This document shows positions 28,184-38,752 of a DNA stretch of 64,000 bases, in pieces. The notes beneath the pieces are model-generated. The model saw nothing but the letters and a program-made list of their open reading frames with translations, was not told the DNA's origin and made no database searches. The DNA lies in NCBI GenBank assembly GCA_965644495.1, contig CBFFSA010000003.1, forward strand, positions 1,178,001 through 1,242,000. The letters are read 5' to 3'. This DNA comes from Perkinsela sp. CCAP 1560/9 (taxonomy: Eukaryota; Protista; Euglenozoa: Kinetoplastea). Position 1 is the first letter of the stretch, and every line of letters begins with the position of its first letter. The position numbers were made by a program, and so were the translations under genes.

Positions 28184-29884
28184 CTAGTCCTCAGAAAGTC
28201 CTCTTCCCCTCCCTCTCCCCCTTCCACCTCCATTTCCCCTTTTCCCTCCGCGGGCCTGTCGACTCTCCGCGTGATGTCGTTTCCCGCGACCACGCGCGTG
28301 GGCACCACCCTTTCTCCAGGGGCTTCGGGAATCTCTCTCCCCCCTCCACTCCCCCCTTGGAGGTGATAACCCCCATCCTCGAGGTCGGCTTCTCCTCCTC
28401 CCCCTCGTCTCCTCCCGATCCTCCCATGGCGGACAAGGTCTTTCCCTATGGCTATAAGAGTCGACACTATCCTGTCTCTTGGGACTACGGGAATCCCCCC
28501 TCCCCCTTGGAGGTGAAGGCCACCCCCATCCACGAGGTGGACTCCTTCCCTCTCGTCTTTCCCATCCCCTTCCCCTCTCCTCCTGATCCTCCCACGGAGG
28601 ACACTGTCGTTCCCGAGGAACACGCGAGTCAACACTTTGCCTTCTCCGGGGACTACGGAAATCCCTTCCCGCCCGTCGGGGTGAGCACAAGCCCCATCCT
28701 CGAGGTGGGCTTCTCTCCCCCCTTGGAGGTGAAGGCGGCCCCCATCCTTGTGGTGGGCTTCTTCGCGGTGGGCTTCTCTCCTCCCTTGGAGGTGAAGGCG
28801 GTCTCCATCCTCGAGGTGGGCTTCTCTCCCCCCTTGGAGGTGAAGGCGGACCCCATCCTCGGGGTGGGCTTCTCTCCCCCCTTGGAGGGGAAGACAACCT
28901 CCACCCTCGAGGGGGGCTTCTTCCCCCTCTCCCTCTTCCCCCTCCTCTCCCTCTCCCCCTCCCCTCTCTCTCTTCCTCCTCCTCCCCCAAAGGACCCCCA
29001 CACGCCTCCCCGGGCGCACACCTCCATCGGTGGTTCACGAACTCCATCACGTGTAGCGGTCGCTCCCTCCCGTGGAACGCACACCGTACCCGGTCACAGT
29101 CCCGTATGAGAAGATCCCTGCCTCCCCTACTACCGGATCTGTCACGGGCTTGGACAATGGTGAAGTACACAGAAGGAGGGTGAGAAGTAGGGGGGTGGAA
29201 GGGAGAGAGGGTTCTTCCTCTTGTTTCCCTACTTGGACTTCGATTTCCGCTTCTTCCGCTTCTTCCGCTTCTTCCTCTTCCTGTTCTGTTATCCGAAGGG
29301 AAGGGATGGGACGGGGAGAAACGCGGGGAGTGTCGGGAAGGAAGGGGGTCCCTGTGCGAATCGTTGGGTCGGGGTATGGATCGTGTAGATGGGTTCGTGT
29401 AACATTGTGGAGAGGAGAGGGATGGGTTTCGTCGGGGTTCAAAGTCGGGGTGCTCTGGGTGCTTGTGGGTAGCGCTGGATGTACGGGGTGAGGAAGGAGT
29501 TGATGGGGGGTTGGGCGCACAGATCGGGGAACGTTCAATAGATGTGGTGGGGAGGGGAGGGGAAATACCGGAAGAAATGGCACAAGGGTTGTCAAGGGTG
29601 CAGGTGTAGACAGAGCCGTAGGGTGTGGATTGGAGCTGGAGGTCGTGAACGGGTCGTGGTATGTGGTGGGCGGAGCACAGAATGGTGTCGAGGAGATTGG
29701 GTGGGGAAGGTTGAGTATGGGTGGTGGTGTTAGTGGTTTCGGATTTTAGCTCTTCTGGCTCCGCAGGTGTCTCCTCGCGGTAACAGTGGTGTTCGGGGAG
29801 ACAACGCAGTCGACCGGTACCCTCGGGGTCGTGGAGGCGATCGGTGGAGCGGATGCGTCCGTGTATGAAACAATATTTGAACAT
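28184..29884 (-). CDS. RS/RG-rich repeat protein with three CxxH-x3-R...C-x5-C motifs
   Basis: CFIHGRIR...CLPEHHC, CSAHHIPR...CTLDNPC, CAFHGRER...CAPGEAC; tandem RSPPRGW.PPSPPRGE repeats; likely ATG 29884. Confidence 0.75.
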   Translation of the reverse strand: MFKYCFIHGRIRSTDRLHDPEGTGRLRCLPEHHCYREETPAEPEELKSETTNTTTHTQPSPPNLLDTILCSAHHIPRPVHDLQLQSTPYGSVYTCTLDNPCAISSGISPPLPTTSIERSPICAPNPPSTPSSPRTSSATHKHPEHPDFEPRRNPSLSSPQCYTNPSTRSIPRPNDSHRDPLPSRHSPRFSPSHPFPSDNRTGRGRSGRSGRSGNRSPSRETRGRTLSPFHPPTSHPPSVYFTIVQARDRSGSRGGRDLLIRDCDRVRCAFHGRERPLHVMEFVNHRWRCAPGEACGGPLGEEEEEREGRGRGRGGGRGRGGRSPPRGWRLSSPPRGERSPPRGWGPPSPPRGERSPPRGWRPPSPPREERSPPRRSPPQGWGPPSPPRGERSPPRGWGLCSPRRAGRDFRSPRRRQSVDSRVPRERQCPPWEDQEERGRGWERREGRSPPRGWGWPSPPRGRGDSRSPKRQDSVDSYSHRERPCPPWEDREETRGRRRSRPRGWGLSPPRGEWRGERDSRSPWRKGGAHARGRGKRHHAESRQARGGKRGNGGGRGRGRGRGLSED

Positions 29885-30102
29885 CAAGAGTAAAATACAG
29901 AAGATGAGTGCCTCTTTGTCAAAAGAAAAAGAATCCATAGTTACACAATGTGTCTTTACGCGTAATTTTAATATATGATTATTTTTAAGAGCTTTCATAA
30001 ACAGTATCATAGTGGAGATCTAGTACAATATGTTTCTTATCACTTGGTGAAGTACATGCTTTATTGCCTACTTTACTTGCAGCTCATCTTACATAGTTCG
30101 TC

Positions 30103-30741
30103 TTATTTTTTCTTGCTCTTCTTCTCGGTCTTCTTCAAATAGAATTGAAGCTCTGTACCCTCCAGGAGTTGTCCATCTGAACGTCCAACTTGACCAGGAC
30201 GCGAAGTGATCTTTGCAAGCACACGACCAACGCGAAATTGGTGTTCCAATGTCTTGTCCAGATGAACAGCGCGCTTGGAGTGTTGGGACAGGACACGTTG
30301 ACGAGACTTCGGGAGAGATGCGGCCTCCTCCTTGTGAGTGGCATCCTTACTCTCTCCTTCGCTCTTCTTCTTACCCAGGTGTACCCCGTAGAACTTGAAG
30401 TACCAGTCTCGAAATGGGGCGGCATCAACAGAGACGACGCAACCCTTCACGAGGGTCTTTGTTCGGATGAGCTCATTAGACGTCGCGTTGTAGACCACGT
30501 CAAGAATTTTGCATCGCCTGGTGATAGTTTCGGAACCCCACGCAAAGTTCCCTTCGTGAAGTCGCAGGGCTCGAAACTTTGTGTTTCCTCCTCGAACCCG
30601 TACTTTACGGACACGAGTTTCGGGTAGCAGACGAGTGTTTGCTGGTAGTCGAGCAAGTTCGTACTTCTTCTTCTTGCGGTGGACCGACATTTTTCCTCCG
30701 GAAACGCGTCTCTTGTGGAGACGAGAGCGTGTAAGGCCCAT
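30103..30741 (-). CDS. RPS8: 40S ribosomal protein S8 (eS8)
   Basis: MGLTRSRLHKRR.SGG, RVRGGNTKFRALRL, NNELIRTKTLVK-like, SRPGQVGRSDG..LEG.EL.FY. Confidence 0.98.
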   Translation of the reverse strand: MGLTRSRLHKRRVSGGKMSVHRKKKKYELARLPANTRLLPETRVRKVRVRGGNTKFRALRLHEGNFAWGSETITRRCKILDVVYNATSNELIRTKTLVKGCVVSVDAAPFRDWYFKFYGVHLGKKKSEGESKDATHKEEAASLPKSRQRVLSQHSKRAVHLDKTLEHQFRVGRVLAKITSRPGQVGRSDGQLLEGTELQFYLKKTEKKSKKK

Positions 30742-30866
30742 GTGAAGCTAAGAAAAAATACAAGAAAAGAAACTCTAAATAGTTTTCAATCCGTTCTATT
30801 TGTTCATTTACAGTATTCAAGCATTTGTGTTGAAAAACGTGAAATGTGGTGAAACAAAGAGACATA

Positions 30867-33635
30867 TCAATCTTTTTCGTTTACATCCCCAGTAGTATGC
30901 AAAGCCTCATACAGAATGATTGCGTCACTCTGACTAACAGAGGCGCACAAGTCTGTTTTGGAGGCTCTAGCAAGGTGTCGCAAGGTTGGAAAATGTCGAA
31001 CGATACCTGAAACGTTCGTCCTGGATACACCAGGGAGTTTCATAAGAAGCTCAAGAGCGGAAGTGGAAGAAGGAGACTCGGCGTCGCTGTCGTCGACAGA
31101 CTTAAGACTTAGCACTCTCCCTGCAACTTGCTTTGCTGCAGTCGATGTAGCTTCGTTAATAACGATACCTTTATCTTCGGGGATCGCTGGCTCTGGGAGG
31201 CCTTTCTTGATTGCCTGAAACAGGCGGGCTGAATCAGCACCTCCCAAAGTCCAGAACACGCGTAGAGTGGGAAACCTTACTGCCAGCAACGCCAGCCGAT
31301 CAATCATCTTTTCGTCTCGAAGAAGAGCAGAAACCACACGATCTTGCGTCATGCCAGGATGTTTTCCCGGTAGAGTTTCTTTCTGGAATCCTGAGTACCA
31401 GCGATCAGCTGAACTAGCTGCAGCTTCAATTAGCAGAACGCAGGCCGAATAACTTTTCGACATTTCAACCAGTTGGTCATACAGGCGTCCACTAAAAAGC
31501 GACGTTTCCAGATCTACAGCAGATTTTCTTTCAACAGCAATGTCCCCCGAAAGCAAATAGTCTCCACATTTTAACGTTCGGGGAATAACCTTAAAATTTG
31601 TGGTTCGACAGAGGTGGTAGGGTAAATTGCTTCGAAATTCTCTCTCATCGACTATTATGATACCACTACCAAGAAACGCAGAGCTTTTTTTCTCAGAAGG
31701 ACTGGTATTTGAATTCGTCACATCCTGGGTGGAGGAATATTTCTGAGGTTGTGTATCGTCATCTGCACCTACAGCCTCTTGTTCTGTTGGCGTTTTCTCG
31801 GTAAATTCGCTCGAAGTATCCACCATGCCATCCAGAGTAATTGTTGTCAACTCTTTTGTGCCACAAGAAGCTGGAATGTCAACTGAGGGAAGGACAAGGT
31901 TGGACTTCGATGCCACAAGTTCTTGAAATGCTTCACGTTCCGATTTCACGGCGTGAAGGTATAACATTTGCTCTATACTTCCATCGTAAGACACGGCGAA
32001 CACATGGAGTTCCATTGCAGGGGCTAATGCCTGGGCTACTTCCAGGCGTCGTACTGTTGCGAGATCGATCCCGCAAAGAATAATACTATCGACGAGGGCA
32101 AGATTCTTATTCTGAGACGATAAAGAGCTACTAGAGATTCCTTTTTTATTGTTTTCCAACAAAGAACTCTTGTTTACACTGAGTAGATTAGTGTCGGCAT
32201 ATTCTGCAATATCATAGAAAATATGTTTATTATGTTGTCTCCATCCAAAAGTGAGCGGGAGTTCCCGACACACACCGTAACACGCAGAGGAGGAAGTAAA
32301 CTTCTGAAGAGCGTATGCAGGACTCCAATCCCCGTCATAGTCGCCCTCCATGTTACCATCCTGAACTGAGGATGAAACCATCGGGCTTGTCCCGGACCAA
32401 CCTGATAACACGACCAAGCTATGTCGTCCCTGCCTCTCAAGTTTACGCAAGATAGAGAGAACGGCGTGCTCTTTTGAAACAAAGTCGCCTTGAAATCTAT
32501 CCTGTGAAGGATCCTCGTCCTTCGATGTTTTGAGCCGTTTTGCTACCGTGCCGTCGTCTTCCTCCTTTTGTTGATTTTGCTCATACGCACGTTTCCAGTC
32601 ATGTGCAGCAGGTATGAGCCGGTGAGCTTGTTTGCAATGAAGCCACGAGGCGACATGAACACCGTCTTGTCGCGCAATAGACAAAAAGTTTTCACAGTAT
32701 CTTTGAAAAAGAGGTGGTGGCAAAAGATAAAGTTTGTGCAACAAACTAACGATATCTTCAAGGGACTCCAGCAGTGAGTACATCGCGCTCGACCAAATGC
32801 CTTTCATACTTTTTGCTCGCCCGCGCGAGGCATTCATGGCTTTCCGACAGCTCCTGAAGAGGACACCGGACACTGCGTGTTCAATCGACAACTCTTCGTT
32901 GTTCAAACAACCACTTGAACTTGTCCGTGTCCTGAGATCGTGAATCAGTTCCGTAATCATAGAGAGCAAAGTCGTTTGTACGGCTCGCATGGCAGGAGGC
33001 ATTGAGACTCGAACCTCTGTGAATAGAATAGGCTTTTTCTCTAACGATTTCTTCAGCGAGACGTGAAAACGTGGGTAGAGATACACCTCCGAGCAGTGTA
33101 ACACGGAGGACATGATCTGGGCCAGACGACCTGGACCGATGAATGCCTCTGGGGTCTCAGATAGAGCACAGAAAAAAACACGATTTCCGCTGATTTGACG
33201 TAAATAGTGAAGTAAAAAGAGCTCCGATCCGCTGTCGGCATTAACGAGGGAATGCGCACGTAGCATTACAATTCCCTGCACCCGGAGTGGTGAGATGCGC
33301 TCATGCAAAATATCCATGAGAATAGGTTTCGCACTATACAAAACAAAAATTCCTCCTTTAAGATACATATCCACCCGATCGCGAATGCTGGAAGTGGACG
33401 TAATCACATGCACCAGTGCCTTGGAGTCCTCTTCTCGAATGTATTTAGCCACACAGTGAAGTATACGCTCCTCATCGGAGAGACCTAAAACGACCAGAAA
33501 GTGGCGCGCATCTTGATAGCCGCGGCATAAGTGGCATACAACGTGCTCGACGCCAATCCCCCGAGCCGTGATAAGCAAGCTGCTTCGACCAATAGCTTTT
33601 TCTAGAATTTCACTATAGTGAGACGCAAAGTGCAT
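30867..33635 (-). CDS. XPF: DNA repair endonuclease XPF/RAD1/ERCC4
   Basis: ARGIG and YPRFH in helicase-like N-terminus; IIVDEREFRS.LP, GDYLLS..IAVERKS..DL..SL.SGRLY.Q; C-terminal HhH (KLPGV). Confidence 0.92.
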   Translation of the reverse strand: MHFASHYSEILEKAIGRSSLLITARGIGVEHVVCHLCRGYQDARHFLVVLGLSDEERILHCVAKYIREEDSKALVHVITSTSSIRDRVDMYLKGGIFVLYSAKPILMDILHERISPLRVQGIVMLRAHSLVNADSGSELFLLHYLRQISGNRVFFCALSETPEAFIGPGRLAQIMSSVLHCSEVYLYPRFHVSLKKSLEKKPILFTEVRVSMPPAMRAVQTTLLSMITELIHDLRTRTSSSGCLNNEELSIEHAVSGVLFRSCRKAMNASRGRAKSMKGIWSSAMYSLLESLEDIVSLLHKLYLLPPPLFQRYCENFLSIARQDGVHVASWLHCKQAHRLIPAAHDWKRAYEQNQQKEEDDGTVAKRLKTSKDEDPSQDRFQGDFVSKEHAVLSILRKLERQGRHSLVVLSGWSGTSPMVSSSVQDGNMEGDYDGDWSPAYALQKFTSSSACYGVCRELPLTFGWRQHNKHIFYDIAEYADTNLLSVNKSSLLENNKKGISSSSLSSQNKNLALVDSIILCGIDLATVRRLEVAQALAPAMELHVFAVSYDGSIEQMLYLHAVKSEREAFQELVASKSNLVLPSVDIPASCGTKELTTITLDGMVDTSSEFTEKTPTEQEAVGADDDTQPQKYSSTQDVTNSNTSPSEKKSSAFLGSGIIIVDEREFRSNLPYHLCRTTNFKVIPRTLKCGDYLLSGDIAVERKSAVDLETSLFSGRLYDQLVEMSKSYSACVLLIEAAASSADRWYSGFQKETLPGKHPGMTQDRVVSALLRDEKMIDRLALLAVRFPTLRVFWTLGGADSARLFQAIKKGLPEPAIPEDKGIVINEATSTAAKQVAGRVLSLKSVDDSDAESPSSTSALELLMKLPGVSRTNVSGIVRHFPTLRHLARASKTDLCASVSQSDAIILYEALHTTGDVNEKD

Positions 33636-34167
33636 CAGGGAGTGCTATTTTCACGCGCATTTTTCCCACATGTATTTTCACATGTGGGATATGTACAAAA
33701 ACAATTTCACGTGGATTACGTACTGCATTCTGTGAATTATTCAACGTAACGCAGACAGGGTCTAGCCGTAGTATCTGCTGTGCGTGTCGTGATCATTGGA
33801 TAAAACAAATAAAATCTCTAAACAGATTGATTGATGGAAGATCAGATACGCTATTCTGTTTAATTAATGTAGCGCTCGCAATGCTCTTAAAAATATGGTC
33901 ATTGGGCACCATTATAATTCAATTAACCTTAATATTTTATTATGATTATGGTCAGTGCAAGTATTTAATATACTTGCCTTCTTATTATTCGCTACTTACT
34001 CGTTCTACTTATTCGCCTTCTTCGTTACTCGTTAGAACAATAAAGTTTACAAGAATCTAAAAGATTCTTCTTCTAAGACTAACCTAAAGTATTTGTACAA
34101 AATTTGTTGGGTCTCCTAGAACGAAATGCTACATGAGTCTACAAATTGGGAATTCCGAACAGATATT

Positions 34168-34728
34168 TCATTCCTCACTCGAAGTTCCTAGTGCCATTCT
34201 GATCCATCGATTCACCTTCCCTTTTTGCACCTTTCCCTTTGCCTTGGGTGTTCGAAATCCTGGACTGGATACCTCACGTACTGGAGTTACATTCTGAAAA
34301 TGAGTTGGGGGCAGTTTCTTCTCGTTCAATGGACGAACATTGGACAGCACAGGGGCAGCAACGCGCCCAGGGCTTCTTGAGACGGTATGCAGCTTCCGAT
34401 ACTCCTTTAAGTGCTCCATTTTCCAGTCTTTGGCTTTTTCAGATTTCGTTAATGTGGTTCGTTTCGTGCTCCAGTCTGGACCCCACATCAGGCGTTGAGT
34501 GTGCTCGTAGTGCCGAAACTGAGAGCTGGGTTGATGTCGAATCCATTTATGCCATTCAAAACAAACTTCCTCCGCACGACATAAATCTTCAAGAGGAATA
34601 AATGAGATTACTTGGCCACTAAGAAGAATTTTCACGTCGCTTCCATCGGTAAGGTTTCTAGGGGGAAGTTTCACGACAAGTGACGATCCATCGGCGAGGT
34701 CCTTATTGTGGCTCTGTGATTGTCCCAT
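34168..34728 (-). CDS. Orphan protein with N-myristoylation-type start
   Basis: First ATG at 34728 gives MGQSQS (G2, S6). Confidence 0.6.
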   Translation of the reverse strand: MGQSQSHNKDLADGSSLVVKLPPRNLTDGSDVKILLSGQVISFIPLEDLCRAEEVCFEWHKWIRHQPSSQFRHYEHTQRLMWGPDWSTKRTTLTKSEKAKDWKMEHLKEYRKLHTVSRSPGRVAAPVLSNVRPLNEKKLPPTHFQNVTPVREVSSPGFRTPKAKGKVQKGKVNRWIRMALGTSSEE

Positions 34729-35242
34729 TAATGCGAGTAGTGAGTATACTCTATGGTATGCTATAATACATATTAAACGAATATGCACGTCAACAAAGGG
34801 TTCTTGTACCACGAACGAAACATTAACTTACGTGCACCTAATCTCAAGAATCCATATATTTTTTCAATAAATAATTCCTCCCAAGGTAATAAGCAAAGAA
34901 TAGGAATATATTCCTTGAATGTAAACCTAAGAAATCCTTTAGCCATCCACGAAAAGCCCAGCGCTCATGAGTCTCCTTTAGCCTATAATTCTAAACACCG
35001 GCTAAGCAGAAATCAAGTGACAGGCTAAACAAAGAGAATTATTTCTTAATCATCCTTCGCATTACTTGTGTCCATCAAAAAAGACTCCATTATAACCATT
35101 TTCTGCATTACCAACTACAAAAAGACTAAAACGCCCAAAACAATTTATCTCCTTTACAAAATACGTATCCCATACGGGCTACACCACCCGGTCTTATCTC
35201 CATCACTTTCCCACTTTCCTTTTTCTTTTCCATTTCATAATC

Positions 35243-36655
35243 TTACTTTGTGATCGTGCAAACCAAGTGCGTCGTGAACCCCGCAATCGAGAACACAATC
35301 CCAGACACAATCGTGACCCAGCACAACACGCGCTCCCACGTACTCATTGTGTTCTTAAACACCCGGTAGTACATCACCGCAGGAAACGTCATAATAATAT
35401 GAAGCCCAAACAACGACCCAATAAACGCCAGCACCTGGGAAATCCCACTCGACAACGCCGCCAGCAACGACGAAAGCGCCACAATCGTAAACGCCTCCGC
35501 CACCCGGGTCCACATCGACACATGGCTATCCCCCTCAAACATGAACAGGTTAAACGACCGACGACACCCCACCGCCAACAACGGGTACACACAGGCGAAG
35601 TGCAGCAGCATCACCAGCCGCCCAATGTTAATCAGCAGGTCGTTCTGCGGGTACTGCGCTAGCAGATCCCCCCCGTGGTTGCGCACGTCGGCGCCGAAGT
35701 AGAGGTACCCCATGGTCCCGAGCACGAGGTAGAACAGCGTGATCGTGGAGAAGGCGGGGATCAGGGCCCGGTCCATGCGCTTCACGGAGCGCTTCTGGAG
35801 CTCGTGGTACAGCGGGGGGATGTTGTAGTGCATGCCGAAGCACACGGTGAGGAGCGGGATGGCACGGCAGAAGTCGGAGGTGATGGAGGCGACGCGGACA
35901 CTCTCGGGGACGGCGGCGGTGATGAGGGCGCCTTGGGTGTGTGCGCTGGCAATGTAACGAATCGCCACCGCGACCCCGGCGTAGAAGATGGTGCCGAAGG
36001 CGACGATGGAGCTGAATTTAAGCTCCGTGATGTGTTTGGCGCAGGAGAGGACGAAGAGAAGGGGGGCGGTGCAGATGATCCAGAAACGGGCGTCGGCGTA
36101 GAACCCGGTGAGGCTCATCCAGGATGCGGCGAGAGGTTGCATGGAGTCCCCGATGACCACGATGTACATCACGGCACACCCAAAGGTGTAGAGCAGGATG
36201 GTACCCTCGGCGACGATGCGCATGAAACGGAGCTTGGAGGGTTTGCCGTCGGTGACGATCTCCGCTGGGGTGTCGGGAGAGTCCGTCAACGAGTGGGGCT
36301 TTCCTCCCTCGAAGGCATAGCGGCAGAGACCCATGTAGGTGAACTGCTGGGTGTGCTGCGCGAGGCGAACCAAAAAGCGCATCGCGGAGAAGCTAAGGAA
36401 GCCAGTGTACAACAGGAGCAAAATTCCGGGTATCAGGGAGGCAAAGTGGAACGCGACGGAGAGGGCAAGGACACCACCTCCGATGACGTTGCACAGTACG
36501 GTGATAATCGTCGTCGCGACTGTACCGTGGCCCTCGTTGTGCACAGGAACCTTGACGACTTCCGATTCAGGGGCCTCGGAGACGTTGCAGTTCTCAATGA
36601 TACCACAAGTGTCATCGTCCTCGATTTGTGTAGCGTGAGGATCGTGTTTCGTCAT
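35243..36655 (-). CDS. Amino acid transporter, AAAP/SLC38-like (copy 1)
   Basis: NVIGGGVLAL, HYNIPPLYHEL, GYLYFG, about 11 TM segments. Confidence 0.93.
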   Translation of the reverse strand: MTKHDPHATQIEDDDTCGIIENCNVSEAPESEVVKVPVHNEGHGTVATTIITVLCNVIGGGVLALSVAFHFASLIPGILLLLYTGFLSFSAMRFLVRLAQHTQQFTYMGLCRYAFEGGKPHSLTDSPDTPAEIVTDGKPSKLRFMRIVAEGTILLYTFGCAVMYIVVIGDSMQPLAASWMSLTGFYADARFWIICTAPLLFVLSCAKHITELKFSSIVAFGTIFYAGVAVAIRYIASAHTQGALITAAVPESVRVASITSDFCRAIPLLTVCFGMHYNIPPLYHELQKRSVKRMDRALIPAFSTITLFYLVLGTMGYLYFGADVRNHGGDLLAQYPQNDLLINIGRLVMLLHFACVYPLLAVGCRRSFNLFMFEGDSHVSMWTRVAEAFTIVALSSLLAALSSGISQVLAFIGSLFGLHIIMTFPAVMYYRVFKNTMSTWERVLCWVTIVSGIVFSIAGFTTHLVCTITK

Positions 36656-36972
36656 GGGTTGAGTAGTACGAAAGAGGAGTTAAAATCTATTTACGACACT
36701 CTGAGAACAAGTTGAAGAACGGTAAAGTTGAAAAGGTAAATTCGTGTGCGAAAAACAAACCTACGTATGAGGTCGTGATAGGTTCAATTTTTCGATGGTA
36801 TATATTTTTATTCTCATAAAGTAACGTAGGAACATGTGTGTTATACTCTAGCTGTATGCACTCTAGCTCTACGTCTAGTGGTTCAAGAGCTATTTCTAGC
36901 GGTTCTATGACTCCAAAAGCAAGAGTCGACTACATCTTTGAAAACGAAAATGCTACAGTCTCGTTTTCCACA

Positions 36973-38595
36973 TCACCCGCCGAGATCTTTTATCTGTACC
37001 ACGGTGCCCGCGATACAAAACAAAATCCCGGAGGCAATAAGCACCGAAAGCCCCACATACTCATGGGGACGGAGGCTCCCGCGGAATAGACGCCAGTACA
37101 TCAACGCTGGATAAGTCATGATAATATGCACCCCAAACAGGGACCCACAGAACCCCAGCACCACGGATATGCTACTGGCCGCCACCGCCAACCCGCAGGA
37201 GACCCCAACAATCAGAAATGCCTCCAGCACCCGTAACGGTGTCGAGACATGCTGATCCCCTCCAAACAAAAACGTGTTCAGTGAGCGTCGACAGCTCACC
37301 GTACACAGCGGGTAGACACACGCGAAGTGCAGCAACATAATCAGCCGCCCGACATTCACCCAGGTGTCATCGGCGGGGTACTGCGCGAGCAAATCCCCAC
37401 CATGGGAGAGAATTGTCTCCCCAAAGTAAAGATACCCGCAGATACCGATTTGGAGGTAAAAAAGCACAATAATCACCATGGAGGGGTAGAGCGCCCGATC
37501 CATACGAGCCACCGAGCGGTGCCGGAGCTCATGGTACAGCGCGGGGAGGTTGTAGTGGACCCCGTAGGCTACCGCATGTAGCGGAATCGCTTTGCTAAGG
37601 TCCGCAGTCCACTGATTCACCCGGGTAGGGGCGTCTGCGATCAGGCAGTGCTGAAGCTCAACTGCGCGTTTGACGTAGTAAACTAACACAAGAAACCCGA
37701 CGTAGAGAACCGTGACGAACGCGAGCAGGGAACTAATGCGGAGCTCGGTGAGATGTCTTGCACAGGTCAACGCGAAGAGCAGGGGGAAAGTGGCAAGAAT
37801 CCAAAACCGGCCATCCGCGAAGAAACCAGAGAAGTGCATCCATTGTGCGGCCAGTGGTTGCATGGAATCAGCGATGATGAGAACGAACATCACGGATGCT
37901 CCAAAGGTATAGAGTAAGATGGTAGCCTCGGCGATGTAGCTCATGTACTCTTTTCGTGGTGAGCTACGACGAAGTGAGTGAGATTGTGGAGAGCGCAGTG
38001 CTGCGCTTTGATGTGCCTGCAGTTCTCGGAGTGTCGTAGCGGTGCCCTTTATCGATGTCTTTGGTGTGGTCAGGTGTGTCTCCGATGGGGGAATCTCTGT
38101 GATGGAGTCCTCTTGAATAGAGGCATCACGAGTGGCAATAGGGGTAAATCTCCTTGCTGGAGCATTCTCATGATCATGTTCCTTGAGCGTGACAATCGGA
38201 TTTTCCGTATCATGCTGAAACGCGGCGCGGCAAATGCCCATGTAGGAAAACTCTTGCGTGTACTCCGACATTTTGACAATGAGTTTCATGCTCGCAAAGC
38301 TGAGAGCTCCCACGTAGAGCAGCATAAGAATTCCGGGAAACAGAGAAGAGTAGTGGAACGCCGCAGAGAGGGCAAACACTCCGCCTCCTATCACGGTGGA
38401 TAGAATAGAGATGATCGTGCTGTATATCGTACCATGACCAGTGCTGTCTTCGAGGGCACGCAACATCACACCCACGTGCGTGGTAATCTTACTGGAGGAG
38501 GAATCAGTGTCCGTGTAGTCTGAAGAAGAGGACTGCGATAACGTCTCATCGGTCCAAAGAGGAGACTGACTTTTCGGTGGTAGAGTTGGCTCCAT
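36973..38595 (-). CDS. Amino acid transporter, AAAP/SLC38-like (copy 2, expanded loop)
   Basis: TVIGGGVFAL, HYNLPALYHEL, GYLYFG; paralog of both neighbours. Confidence 0.93.
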   Translation of the reverse strand: MEPTLPPKSQSPLWTDETLSQSSSSDYTDTDSSSSKITTHVGVMLRALEDSTGHGTIYSTIISILSTVIGGGVFALSAAFHYSSLFPGILMLLYVGALSFASMKLIVKMSEYTQEFSYMGICRAAFQHDTENPIVTLKEHDHENAPARRFTPIATRDASIQEDSITEIPPSETHLTTPKTSIKGTATTLRELQAHQSAALRSPQSHSLRRSSPRKEYMSYIAEATILLYTFGASVMFVLIIADSMQPLAAQWMHFSGFFADGRFWILATFPLLFALTCARHLTELRISSLLAFVTVLYVGFLVLVYYVKRAVELQHCLIADAPTRVNQWTADLSKAIPLHAVAYGVHYNLPALYHELRHRSVARMDRALYPSMVIIVLFYLQIGICGYLYFGETILSHGGDLLAQYPADDTWVNVGRLIMLLHFACVYPLCTVSCRRSLNTFLFGGDQHVSTPLRVLEAFLIVGVSCGLAVAASSISVVLGFCGSLFGVHIIMTYPALMYWRLFRGSLRPHEYVGLSVLIASGILFCIAGTVVQIKDLGG

Positions 38596-38752
38596 TTCTG
38601 AGTTGAATAATTACGGAGCGGGAAATTTGAAGAGTTACGGAGCAATAGTGAAGTGGTCTAAAGACTTGCGTCCATAAATGAAGCTTGACAATGTTGATTT
38701 TTTTCTGGAAAATATTTACAATGAATTCAGGTACAAGACTCATGCAAATATC

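Noticed and set aside
27949-29109. Alternative 356-aa and 310-aa frames over the RS-repeat gene
   Set aside because: Low-complexity repeats lack stops; the 28184 frame carries the conserved Cys/His motifs.
35267-36715. Long plus-strand ORFs (131 and 346 aa) over AAAP copy 1
   Set aside because: Antisense shadows caused by extreme third-position bias.
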